Assembly (NCBI GenBank): GCA_021740045.1
Contig: JAIPAP010000006.1
Coordinates: forward strand, 1 to 56,777
Length of the DNA: 56,777 nucleotides
From: Bacteroidales bacterium
GTDB taxonomy: Bacteria; Bacteroidota; Bacteroidia; Bacteroidales; JAIPAP01
Reading direction: 5' to 3'
Every line of letters begins with the position of its first letter. Within the stretch, counting starts at the first letter, position 1. The position numbers were made by a program, and so were the translations under genes. Below the pieces are notes generated by a model. That model was not told where the DNA came from. It was given only the letters and a program-made list of their open reading frames with translations, and did no database searches. Shown one piece after another: positions 30,125 to 39,824 of this stretch.

Positions 30125-30155
30125 AACTTTCTGAGAAAGTTTCACATTGTGAAAC
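30125..30155. promoter_or_regulatory. Two overlapping perfect palindromes upstream of higBA (putative operator)
   Basis: AACTTTCT-G-AGAAAGTT (30125-30141) and GTTTCACA-T-TGTGAAAC (30139-30155). Confidence 0.55.
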
Positions 30156-30182
30156 AATCCGTATATTTTTATCGTTAAGGAT

Positions 30183-30515
30183 ATGAGAGTGCACTTGATC
30201 AAGAAACAAACAATTGAGGATTATATTATTAAAAATGCACGAAGTAAAGCATCGTTTGAGACTTGGTACTCAATTTTGTATAGAGCCGATTGGAATTTAC
30301 CCAAAGATATAATTGCAACATTTAACAGTGCTGACATTCTTGGAAAAGGTTCTAATCGTGTAGTATTTAATATTGGTGGTAACAATTATAGACTGATTTG
30401 CCGCTACTATTTTGGAAAAACAAGAGTTCATTTGTTCGTAAAATGGATAGGTACTCATGCAGAGTATACAGCGCTTTGTAATAAAGGAAATCAATACACA
30501 GTGCAATTATATTAG
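30183..30515 (+). CDS. higB: Type II TA toxin, HigB family
   Basis: F.SADIL...RVVFNIGGNNYRLI...FVKWIGTHAEY. Confidence 0.92.
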   Translation: MRVHLIKKQTIEDYIIKNARSKASFETWYSILYRADWNLPKDIIATFNSADILGKGSNRVVFNIGGNNYRLICRYYFGKTRVHLFVKWIGTHAEYTALCNKGNQYTVQLY

Positions 30516-30529
30516 TGAAATGAAGAGAA

Positions 30530-30943
30530 ATGAGTGAAACAAAAACCCTAAAGTATACTGTAATCAAAAGCAAGGACCAATATAACCGGTATTGCGAAAT
30601 ACTGGAAGAATTGGTGACAGTTTACGGTGAACAAGACCAGGAAGAAATAGAGCTGTTATCGTTGCTCATTGATAAATGGGATGAAGAACATAATTCGTTT
30701 TATGATAAGGATCCTATTTCCTTGCTTAAAGCCTTAATGGATGAACATAAGCTCAAGTCAAAAGACCTGATTAACATTTTAGACCTTTCAAAAGCTACGG
30801 TTTCTAAAATTTTAAATTACCACAAGGGCTTATCAAAATCGACAATTCGAAAGCTATCGGAATACTTCAATGTTTCCCAGGAAGCGTTTAATCGCCCTTA
30901 TAAATTGAAAAATGAAGTAAATAGGAAACATGGAGACATTTAG
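30530..30943 (+). CDS. higA: Type II TA antitoxin, HigA family (HTH)
   Basis: IKSKDQY...IELLSLLIDKWDEEH...DPISLLKALM...VSKILN; lies downstream of the toxin. Confidence 0.9.
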   Translation: MSETKTLKYTVIKSKDQYNRYCEILEELVTVYGEQDQEEIELLSLLIDKWDEEHNSFYDKDPISLLKALMDEHKLKSKDLINILDLSKATVSKILNYHKGLSKSTIRKLSEYFNVSQEAFNRPYKLKNEVNRKHGDI

Positions 30944-30945
30944 TT

Positions 30946-31310
30946 AGCACGCGATGCAATCGCGCGCCAGCGGGCGGGTTTCATAATAATAAGAATTGAG
31001 CAATTGTATGGGTAAGTGTTGTTACACTTCAGCCCAATATTCTTGCAAAGACGAGTATTGGCGCGGGTTTCAGGCGGGTTGTGCTAAGGATTAGTAATTG
31101 TTCTAAAGCATCGTGATGCAGGAATTTAACGCGTGCCCGGTAAAGCTCATCGTTTGGAACGAGGTTTTTGCCAGGGCTTTAGCTGGAGCGGATTTGTAAT
31201 CCGCTCCTTTTGGCTGCAACAAGGGTTTGAAGCCGTTGGAATTGTGTATAATGTCGGGCGCGGATTTGAAATCCGCGCCAGCAGGGAACGCGCTGCAAAC
31301 GCTCGCCAGC
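30946..31310. repeat. Cluster of about 26-bp REP-like palindromes ending in GCCAGC or starting GCTGG
   Basis: Copies at 30946-30971, 31182-31207 (opposite orientation), 31257-31282 and 31285-31310. Confidence 0.8.
31059..31163 (+). repeat. 104-105 nt hairpin element, copy A
   Basis: TGGCGCGGGTTTCAGGC...TGCAGGAATTTAACGCGTGCCC...TCGTTTGGAACGAG. Confidence 0.8.
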
Positions 31311-31409
31311 CGGTGGGTTGCGAGGCGCTCTTGAAACGTTATCGGTTAACATCAAAACAAATCATACCATAACCTTCCCACTTCGCAACCCACTTTTCTG
31401 CTTAACCGC

Positions 31410-33236
31410 CTACTCCTTAAAAATCAACTGCTGATTTTTGTCGTCATTCCAGGCATTCATCATCTTCCTGAAATCGGGGTATTGCGCAGGCGAGATTTGG
31501 CCGGCCTCGATTTCAATGGATCGTTCCATATAAATTTTGCCGTTTTCCTCTTCAATCTTAATTTCAAGTTTCCCAAAGCTGGTTTCCATTTCCAACTCCT
31601 TGCCCGGGGTAACCAATGTCCAGCCTTCCGGGATTTCAATTTCCAGTTCATATTCTTCTTCCATCGGTTGCGGCACCTCGAGAGGAACTTCGCGCTCAGC
31701 CGCCATGCCTTCCATATGCCAGGAAGCAACGCCTTTCCGGAATGAAGGCACGCCCAGGAATAGATAATTGGCCTGCTGTCTCATGATGCCCTTCAGCTCA
31801 AAATCAAATTGCACCCCGGTTTCATCCTGATCCATTGTTAAAATCCGGACATCCTTAACATGTTTTTTGGATAAACCATTTAAATATCCATACCATGCTT
31901 CATTGTTATCCACCAATTTAAAATATGGATTATGTGCCCCTTCCAATTCCACAGTAGAAAAGCCGCTTATATTCCGGTCTTCATCGATGCGCAGGCTTAC
32001 CTCCATGCTTAGTTCATTTTCCGGTTCATTCACATCATGCGAACGCATGGCCTTGCCGGGCTTCAGGTCGACCAGGCGGTGACCAAACAGATCATAAGCC
32101 AGGTTTTGATCGGTGGATTTTTCAGAATACAGATAAAGATCTTTATCATCATCTTCCGGGAGATGAACAATCACTTCTTTCATGCTTGAAAGGTTACCCA
32201 ATCCCTTATCATAAAACCGGTTATTGAATACGGCACAAGGCAAGGCTTCAATCCCGGCTTCTTCATACATTTTCGAGAGCAGGACGGCCTTTTCCACCTG
32301 CGTACCTCCATTGCTTTTCCAAACCTCATTTGGGGTGCGGGCACGGAAACCTATGTGATGCATGGGTATGTTGTAATCCTCCATTTCATCCGCTACCATG
32401 TGATGAAGCTTAATCGTCAGGTCCCATTCATCCTTGGCATCTGCCTTTGCCTTTTCAACGGCTGTTTTGATCTGATCATCCAGTTCGGCTTTAAATGCCT
32501 GCTGACCGGTGAGGAAAACATACTCGGCTTCCAGGTTTTGAGCCGTGGAAAACATGATGCGCGGGAGATGTAGCCCATCTTCCGGCTGATGAGCCGCCCT
32601 TGAACGGGCTGCCAGGTCAGTTACAGTCCAGGTGTATACATCCATGCCGTCTTGGGTGGTTTTGTCCGGTTCTCCGGCAAAGTTGTAATGCACATGCCTA
32701 AGGTTTTTTCCTGTGGGTACCTTAACGATCACCTTCACCTCATCCACCGGCGAGGATTCCGAAAGCACTTCATTGCCGATCATAAAGGGCATGAAGTCTT
32801 TATTGCTATGCAACACATAATCAAGTTCAATGGTCGCGCCAACTTCCAGGCCGGTGTGGGTCACAACCATTTCCCGCAAATGATTGTAAGCCGGAATGCC
32901 GTCGGCCCAGCGGGGTAATACCTCATTAAAGGCATTTTCGGGCGAGGGCCTTTTCGTGCCATCGGCCATGGTGGTTACCGACTTGTTGATTTCCACTTCC
33001 TGGTATTCGGGATTATATACGATAAAGGGTTCGCCATAAAGCCGGTTAAAAGCGAAATGAGTTTTGATCTCCAGCTTTTTGTAATAATGAAAATCAAAAC
33101 TGCCGTCTTCATGCAGGGTATACTCCTTGATGATTTTATGAAAACGGGCGTCAGGTTCTTTGTTTGCCTGCACGGTTAGCATTCCAAAAGCCAGGCTGAT
33201 CAACAGAAATATATATCTTTTCTTCATGATGCGCAT
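31410..33236 (-). CDS. DUF3857 + transglutaminase-like protein, apparently lacking the catalytic Cys
   Basis: GLEVGATIELDY DUF3857 motif; GGTQVEKA where the neighbour has GVCKDKA. Confidence 0.75.
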   Translation of the reverse strand: MRIMKKRYIFLLISLAFGMLTVQANKEPDARFHKIIKEYTLHEDGSFDFHYYKKLEIKTHFAFNRLYGEPFIVYNPEYQEVEINKSVTTMADGTKRPSPENAFNEVLPRWADGIPAYNHLREMVVTHTGLEVGATIELDYVLHSNKDFMPFMIGNEVLSESSPVDEVKVIVKVPTGKNLRHVHYNFAGEPDKTTQDGMDVYTWTVTDLAARSRAAHQPEDGLHLPRIMFSTAQNLEAEYVFLTGQQAFKAELDDQIKTAVEKAKADAKDEWDLTIKLHHMVADEMEDYNIPMHHIGFRARTPNEVWKSNGGTQVEKAVLLSKMYEEAGIEALPCAVFNNRFYDKGLGNLSSMKEVIVHLPEDDDKDLYLYSEKSTDQNLAYDLFGHRLVDLKPGKAMRSHDVNEPENELSMEVSLRIDEDRNISGFSTVELEGAHNPYFKLVDNNEAWYGYLNGLSKKHVKDVRILTMDQDETGVQFDFELKGIMRQQANYLFLGVPSFRKGVASWHMEGMAAEREVPLEVPQPMEEEYELEIEIPEGWTLVTPGKELEMETSFGKLEIKIEEENGKIYMERSIEIEAGQISPAQYPDFRKMMNAWNDDKNQQLIFKE

Positions 33237-33251
33237 TTTTAACAGTTTAAC

Positions 33252-35204
33252 TTATTTTTTCAGGATGACAGGATTTTCGGCAAATTCTTTTTGCTTGGCT
33301 ACAGCTTCGCGGAACGAGGGCCAGTCTTCGGGCTTATAAACCCGTTTTTTGAAGCTCAGGTTTTGCTCCATGATGAGTTTGTCACCGTTCAGGCGGTAAC
33401 TTACCTCATAATCAGCGCCGCTGCCTTCTCCTTTTCCATTTTCAGGGTGATAAACAATATGCTCATAACCGGGCAGTTCGATGGTTTCCTTTAACTCAGC
33501 CAGGCGGGAACAACGGTCGCGGAAGGCATATTTACGCTCTTTTATATTGGTGGAGAAGTACAGATGTGACATCCCCCTGCTGAATAGCTTTTTGGCAACC
33601 AGCGGGGTAAAGATCAACTCGTCATCCGTGATGGTGGCATAATCCGGGATGCTGTACTTCATGGTGATCTCAATGGGGCCCTCCATGTATTCATACGGAT
33701 TGCCGTAATCCATTTTTTTAATTTCTGCATTAGGTGCTACCCGCAGCAGTTGCGCCTTCAGGTTCTTTTCCCATTGCTGCCGGAAACCGGAGGTAAACAT
33801 ACGGCGGATGGCAGCATCCGATTGACCTTCGGCAGTGAGGGTGAAGCTTCCTTTCAGGGTTCCGTCTTTTTCAATTTCCGATTCACCGGTTATTCTGAAA
33901 TAATGATCTTCGGGTGGTGATATAGGGGTTTTTGCCAAGTCATGCCCCTCCGGGAGGCCGGGCAGATAATTCTGCTGCTGCTCGGCACTCGACCATAACT
34001 CCCTAAGGAAAGGCACCCAGGTTGGGTCGAGCAGATGGAGCTTGCCATCGGAAAGGCGCACCAGGGTGACGCTATGGTTAAACTGATCGGCCGGGATGTC
34101 CTCGATGCGGGAACCGGCCATGGTCATAGCCGCATACGACTCGAAGCCGGCGGCCCGTAGCATGGTGATGAGCATACCGGCTTTATCCTTACAAACTCCA
34201 CAACGGTCGCGGAAAATGGTTTCGCCTTTGTGAAGGGTATAACCTTCGCCTTCGCCCATGGAAAGCCCCGAATAACGGATGTTATCGGCTACCCAATGGG
34301 TAAGGATGGAAACCGAATCCATTTCGGTGTCGGCGTCTTCCAGTAATTCATCCACTTTGGCCTTGATCTCCGGGGTCCATTCAAAGCTGCCGTAATCTTC
34401 ATTAACGCCGTAAAACCAGCGCGATTTAGCTTCCCAATCGGGACTGGTGGTAAGCAGCAGTTTGGGAGCGACATTGGAAGTGGCTACCATGCGTGGCTCC
34501 CGGTCAAAAGGTGTGATATCCTTTTTGGAAAAGCTATAGATCATATGCTCATCGCCATCAACCCTCACCTTCGATTGTACTTCACCATGGTAGAATTGAT
34601 ACTGCAGAAACTTGTCTTTAGGAATGCGCACTTCATAAACCTTTTCCTTAACCGGATTGGAGTTCCAGAATTCGACAATGTCGTAATAATGGCCCCGCAT
34701 GGGTGGGATGTAGCGTTCATCATCATCCTGCTGCAAAAGGGCATAGGTAAAACCTTTGCGGAAAAGAAAAACCTCCACGGCATCGCCCGGTTCCAGGCGG
34801 CCCACTTCCAGCAACTTTTCGCGGGCGCCCCAATAGATCATTCGCGCCGGAGCCGGGTAGTCTTTCACCTTGCTGGTATCCACCACTTCAGTACTGCCGT
34901 CTTTGCGGTGTATCACGATCTTTTTAATATCCACATAAGCCGAAAGCGGGTCATAACCGAACTCAATGGCATTTACATCCAGCGCTCCCTTTGGGGTGAG
35001 CACCTTATAAAGCCTGTGCATGTTTACGTAACTCAGGCCGCTTTCCTGCACATCGGCATGGGTGCTGTCGAACACTACCAGCAGGTCCTGGTTGGGATAG
35101 TCGTTAGCGCAGCCTGCCTTTTTGATCAAATCTTTGACCGGATCAGCTTTCGCAAGCTGAAAGCTGAGGAGTAAACCGAGTAGTATAAAAACAATTCTTC
35201 TCAT
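33252..35204 (-). CDS. DUF3857 + transglutaminase-like protein with intact Cys-His-Asp
   Basis: WVADNIRY, GVCKDKA, FNHSV, LLDPT. Confidence 0.85.
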   Translation of the reverse strand: MRRIVFILLGLLLSFQLAKADPVKDLIKKAGCANDYPNQDLLVVFDSTHADVQESGLSYVNMHRLYKVLTPKGALDVNAIEFGYDPLSAYVDIKKIVIHRKDGSTEVVDTSKVKDYPAPARMIYWGAREKLLEVGRLEPGDAVEVFLFRKGFTYALLQQDDDERYIPPMRGHYYDIVEFWNSNPVKEKVYEVRIPKDKFLQYQFYHGEVQSKVRVDGDEHMIYSFSKKDITPFDREPRMVATSNVAPKLLLTTSPDWEAKSRWFYGVNEDYGSFEWTPEIKAKVDELLEDADTEMDSVSILTHWVADNIRYSGLSMGEGEGYTLHKGETIFRDRCGVCKDKAGMLITMLRAAGFESYAAMTMAGSRIEDIPADQFNHSVTLVRLSDGKLHLLDPTWVPFLRELWSSAEQQQNYLPGLPEGHDLAKTPISPPEDHYFRITGESEIEKDGTLKGSFTLTAEGQSDAAIRRMFTSGFRQQWEKNLKAQLLRVAPNAEIKKMDYGNPYEYMEGPIEITMKYSIPDYATITDDELIFTPLVAKKLFSRGMSHLYFSTNIKERKYAFRDRCSRLAELKETIELPGYEHIVYHPENGKGEGSGADYEVSYRLNGDKLIMEQNLSFKKRVYKPEDWPSFREAVAKQKEFAENPVILKK

Positions 35205-35307
35205 GGTTATTTATTTGATTGATTAATTTGATTTTTCCGGGGTAAATATAGGGATTTTGTGGATTTTTGAATGATGAGTTTCTACGACTTTTTTCTTTGC
35301 AGTTAGT

Positions 35308-35411
35308 TGGTGCGCGATTCAGGCGGCTTGCAAATGGTTTTGTAAATGTTCCAAGGCCTTGTCTTGCAGTGGCCTAACGCGTACCTGGTTAACTCTCCCG
35401 TTTTGAACGAG
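35308..35411 (+). repeat. 104-105 nt hairpin element, copy B
   Basis: TGGTGCGCGATTCAGGC...TGCAGTGGCCTAACGCGTACC...CCGTTTTGAACGAG. Confidence 0.8.
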
Positions 35412-35750
35412 ATTTTCTTAAAGCTTTTTAAAAGCGCCATAATTAGCTTTATACACATTAGCTTCGGTTTTATCTCCTCCATTTTCAAATATGATTTCTT
35501 GCTTATACTCTGATATAGAACATTCTTGCTTTACATAGGAGCTTTTATATAATAATTTCATCAAAATTTGCATCTTATGATGATCTGTATTAAATTTACA
35601 ACGGATATAACATTTTTTTGAAGGTGAAACTTTGCTATTTATACTATACCCTGCCACTGCTTTACTATTATAAAAAAGGTTGAATTGCCCTGATAACAAC
35701 TAAATTTATAATAACATAATCATACTAATGAGTAACCAATTCTAATAATT

Positions 35751-38700
35751 ATGAAAAGAGCAGTACTAATTATTGCCGCATTTTTTGCCTGTACCTTTAT
35801 TTTCGGGCAAAACAGCAACCCTAAAGAAAACGGCCGTGCCAGCCAAACCATTGAATTGGAAATCGGCTACCGTTTTGTATCCTCCCACATCCTGCCGGAT
35901 GATCCTGATATGCTGGTGGTGCTGGAAGAAGTGCTGGGCGATAATGTAGAATTTATCCGCAATGCCCAGGGTGAGATCATCCAAAAGGTTGGCCCCAACT
36001 GGATCAACGGCATAGGTGATTGGAATACAACTGAAGGCTATTTATTCAAGATGACCGGAGCCGAAACCCTCACCCTGAATGGCGATGTAATCGACCCTGC
36101 CACTCCGATACCCGTGCAGGCCGGATACCGGTTTGTAAGCTACCTGCCTGCGGAGCCATTGGATGCCATGGAAGCTTTTGAAAGCATAATTGGTGATGAC
36201 CTTGAGTTTATACGCAATATGTATGGCAATGTGATAAACAAGATAGGCCCCAACTGGATCAACGGCATAGGCGAAGCCCAGCCCGGGGAGTTTTACCTGG
36301 TAAAAATGCTGGGTGATGGTGAATTAATTTATCCCGGCCAAAGCCAGCCCGAATGCCCCTCCACCTTCACCGACCCCCGCGACGGGCAGGAATATGAGGG
36401 GGTACTAATCGGCGACCAATGCTGGATGGCCGAAAACCTGAATATAGGCACTATGATTCCAGGCGAAGATGATATGCAGGACAACGGAACCATTGAAAAA
36501 TACTGCTATGATGACGATGAAGCCAACTGCTATGAATACGGCGGCCTTTATCAATGGGATGAAATAATGCAATATACCACCCAGCAGGGGACGCAAGGTA
36601 TTTGTCCGCCTGGCTGGCATATTCCAACCGATGAAGAATGGATGATGCTGGAAGGTACTGTGGATAGCCAGTACGGCTATCCTGATCCCGAATGGGAACA
36701 AACCGGATTACGTGGTTTCGATGCCGGATACAACTTGAAAAGCACCAGCGGATGGGAGGGCAACGGTAACGGTTCCGATGCCTTTGGCTTTGCAGGCTTG
36801 CCGGCGGGCTTCAAGAATTTTAATGGATTTTTCTACTATCTTGGCTACAGCAGTACCTGGTGGTCTTCATCCCAGGCTAATAATTCGAGTGCTTGGGGCC
36901 GCTCTCTCCTTTACTATGATGAGCAGGTAAATCGCGGCACTAACACTAAGGATTTTGGTTTCTCCATACGTTGCCTAAAACATGAGCCCGGCCAAAACTT
37001 ACCCCCAGGCTATCCCTTTAATCCATCGCCTGAAGATGGCGCTTCCGGTCAATCCATTATTACCACACTTTCCTGGGAATGCACCGATCCCGACCAAGAC
37101 CCGATTACCTATGATGTGTATTTTGGAATGAATGAAGACCCCCAGCAGGTTGCCACAGCAATAACCGAAACTATCTATGATCCCGGTACCTTGGAATACA
37201 GCACCACCTATTACTGGAAAATCGTTGCCCATGATGATCAGGGCAACACTACCGAAGGTCTGGTATGGAGTTTTACCACTGAAGAAGAACCTCCTGAATG
37301 CCCGGCCTCCTTCACTGACCCCCGCGACGGGCAGGAATATGAAGCGGTGTTAATTAGTACCCAATGCTGGATGGCCGAAAACCTGAATATTGGGGAGATG
37401 ATTCCCGGTGCAGATGACATGCAGGACAACGGAACCATTGAAAAATACTGCTATGATGACGATGAAGCCAACTGCGACGAATACGGCGGTCTTTACCAAT
37501 GGGATGAAATGATGCAATACACCACCCAGCAGGGAACACAGGGCATTTGCCCGCCCGGATGGCATATTCCTATCGACCAGGAATGGATGATACTTGAAGG
37601 TGCAGTAGATAGCCAGTATGGTTACCCCGATCCCGAATGGGAACAAACCGGATGGCGCGGTTATGATGCGGGTTACAACCTGAAAAGCACTAACGGTTGG
37701 TATAACGACGGCAACGGTTCCGATGCCTTTGGTTATACAGCCATGCCGGCGGGCTACCGGAATGCCAATAATTCATTCTATTTTCTTGGCTACGGCAGTA
37801 ACTGGTGGTCATCATCTGTAGGTGGTGATTCTACGAGCGCCTGGGGCCGTTCCCTTTTTTACGATAATGAGCAGGTGTACCGCTACGATAACGATAAGAA
37901 TTTCGCTTTCTCCATGCGTTGCCTGAAGTATGAGACCGGCCAAAACCAACCCCCGGCCGAGCCCTCCAATCCATCACCTGAAGATGGCGCTTCCGCTCAA
38001 TCCATTATTACCCCACTTTCCTGGGAATGCACCGATCCGGACCAAGACCCGATTACCTATGATGTGTATTTTGGAATGAATGGAAACCCTCAGCAGGTTG
38101 CCACCGGATTAACCGAAACCACTTATGTTCCGGGGACTTTGGAATTTAACACCACTTATTACTGGAAAATCATAGCCCATGATGACCATGCCAACACTAC
38201 TGAAGGTCCGGTGTGGAGTTTTACCACAGAAGAAGCACCCGAGTGCCCGGAAACCTATACAGATCCCCGCGATGGACAGGAATACGAAGCGGTGTTAATT
38301 GGTAATCAATGCTGGATGGCCGAAAACCTGAATATTGGCTCTATGATCCCAGGAGTAGATGACATGCAGGATAACGATACCCTTGAAAAATATTGTTATA
38401 ATGATGACCCTGTGAATTGTGATACCCTAGGTGGCCTTTACCAGTGGGATGAAATGATGCAATACACCACCCAGCAGGGGACACAAGGCATTTGCCCGCC
38501 CGGATGGCATATCCCTACAGACGTTGAGTGGATGATGCTGGAAGGTATGGTAGATAGCCAGTACGGTTATCCTGATCCCGAATGGGAAACACAAGGTTGG
38601 CGAGGTTTTGATGCTGGTTATAAACTAAAAAGCACTAGCGGTTGGTATGCCAACGGTAACGGCTCCGATGCCTTTGGCTTTGCGGCCTTGCCGGCGGGAG

Positions 38701-39824
38701 AACGGACAATCAGTAGCACGTTTTACGGTATTGGTCAATGGGGTTATTGGTGGTCCTCATCAGAAAATAGTCCCTGGACTTCCTGGATCAGGTTCATGGG
38801 TTCCAGTAGCGAACAGGTATACCGCCAGTATAATTCTAATGATGGCGGGTTATCTATACGTTGCCTAAAACATGAGCCCGGCCAAAACTTACCCCCGGTC
38901 TATCCCTTTAATCCATTGCCTGAAGATGGCGCTTCCGGTCAATCCATTATTACCACACTTTTCTGGGAATGCACCGATCCGGAGCAGGACCCGCTTACTT
39001 ATGATGTGTATTTTGGAATGAATGAAGACCCCCAGCAGGTTGCCACAGCAATAACCGAAACTATCTATGGTCCCGATACCTTGGAATACAGCACCACCTA
39101 TTACTGGAGAATCGTTGCCCATGATGACCAGGGAAACACTACTGAAGGACCGGTATGGAGTTTTACTACAGCAGAAGAAACCACTAGCTGCCCTGCTACC
39201 TTCACCGACCCCCGCGACGGGCAGGAGTATGAAGCCGTTCAAATTGGAGACCAATGCTGGATGGCCGAAAACCTGAATATTGGGGCGATGATTCCCAGTG
39301 TAGATCAAATGCAGGATAACGGTACCCTTGAAAAATATTGTTATGATGATGACCCTGTGAATTGTGATACCCTGGGTGGCCTTTACCTGTGGGGTGAAAT
39401 GATGCAATACACCATTCAGCAGGGAACCCAGGGCATTTGCCCCGAAGGATGGCATATCCCCTCTGATGAAGAATGGATGATGCTGGAAGGCACTGTAGAT
39501 AGCCAGTATGGCTACCCCGATCCCGAATGGGAATATACTGGAAGCCGCGGCTACGATGCCGGCTACAACCTGAAAAGCACCAGCGGTTGGGAAGATAACG
39601 GCAACGGCTCCGATGCCTTTGGTTTTACGGGCTTGCCAGCAGGCCACCTGGATTCCGGTGGCTGGTTCTACGATCTTGGCTACTACGGCTTCTGGTGGTC
39701 CTCATCGGAGAGTGATGGTTCTTACGCCTGGTACCGCTACTTGCTTTACCACAAAGAAAAAGTGGGCCGCTATGCTTGCAGCAAGGATTACAGTTTTTAC
39801 GTGCGTTGCCTAAAGAACGATTAA
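35751..39824 (+). CDS. Secreted protein: tandem domain Y + four FISUMP (Fib_succ_major) domains separated by three Fn3-like domains; putative DGR target
   Basis: 4x TDPRDGQEY...QCWMAENLN...GGLYxW...GICPxGWHIP...WWSSS...RCLK. Protein ends at the last FISUMP domain. Confidence 0.9.
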   Translation: MKRAVLIIAAFFACTFIFGQNSNPKENGRASQTIELEIGYRFVSSHILPDDPDMLVVLEEVLGDNVEFIRNAQGEIIQKVGPNWINGIGDWNTTEGYLFKMTGAETLTLNGDVIDPATPIPVQAGYRFVSYLPAEPLDAMEAFESIIGDDLEFIRNMYGNVINKIGPNWINGIGEAQPGEFYLVKMLGDGELIYPGQSQPECPSTFTDPRDGQEYEGVLIGDQCWMAENLNIGTMIPGEDDMQDNGTIEKYCYDDDEANCYEYGGLYQWDEIMQYTTQQGTQGICPPGWHIPTDEEWMMLEGTVDSQYGYPDPEWEQTGLRGFDAGYNLKSTSGWEGNGNGSDAFGFAGLPAGFKNFNGFFYYLGYSSTWWSSSQANNSSAWGRSLLYYDEQVNRGTNTKDFGFSIRCLKHEPGQNLPPGYPFNPSPEDGASGQSIITTLSWECTDPDQDPITYDVYFGMNEDPQQVATAITETIYDPGTLEYSTTYYWKIVAHDDQGNTTEGLVWSFTTEEEPPECPASFTDPRDGQEYEAVLISTQCWMAENLNIGEMIPGADDMQDNGTIEKYCYDDDEANCDEYGGLYQWDEMMQYTTQQGTQGICPPGWHIPIDQEWMILEGAVDSQYGYPDPEWEQTGWRGYDAGYNLKSTNGWYNDGNGSDAFGYTAMPAGYRNANNSFYFLGYGSNWWSSSVGGDSTSAWGRSLFYDNEQVYRYDNDKNFAFSMRCLKYETGQNQPPAEPSNPSPEDGASAQSIITPLSWECTDPDQDPITYDVYFGMNGNPQQVATGLTETTYVPGTLEFNTTYYWKIIAHDDHANTTEGPVWSFTTEEAPECPETYTDPRDGQEYEAVLIGNQCWMAENLNIGSMIPGVDDMQDNDTLEKYCYNDDPVNCDTLGGLYQWDEMMQYTTQQGTQGICPPGWHIPTDVEWMMLEGMVDSQYGYPDPEWETQGWRGFDAGYKLKSTSGWYANGNGSDAFGFAALPAGERTISSTFYGIGQWGYWWSSSENSPWTSWIRFMGSSSEQVYRQYNSNDGGLSIRCLKHEPGQNLPPVYPFNPLPEDGASGQSIITTLFWECTDPEQDPLTYDVYFGMNEDPQQVATAITETIYGPDTLEYSTTYYWRIVAHDDQGNTTEGPVWSFTTAEETTSCPATFTDPRDGQEYEAVQIGDQCWMAENLNIGAMIPSVDQMQDNGTLEKYCYDDDPVNCDTLGGLYLWGEMMQYTIQQGTQGICPEGWHIPSDEEWMMLEGTVDSQYGYPDPEWEYTGSRGYDAGYNLKSTSGWEDNGNGSDAFGFTGLPAGHLDSGGWFYDLGYYGFWWSSSESDGSYAWYRYLLYHKEKVGRYACSKDYSFYVRCLKND
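36348..39824 (+). repeat. Intragenic tandem repeat, 945-bp period
   Basis: DPRDG codons start at 36372, 37317, 38262 and 39207. Confidence 0.9.
39645..39824 (+). other. Putative DGR variable region (VR)
   Basis: 42 of the last 59 sense codons end in C/T. Variable positions are mostly NNY codons between fixed W/R/S/C scaffold codons, as expected from an AAY-rich template. Confidence 0.65.

Noticed and set aside
31133-31372. 79-aa ORF (also the short ORFs at 40021-40696 and 42332-42529)
   Set aside because: They run through REP palindromes or intron RNA and are probably chance open frames.
35303-35699. Minus-strand ORFs 35303-35488 and 35418-35699
   Set aside because: AT-rich divergent promoter region, partly overlapping repeat copy B, with no recognisable domain.
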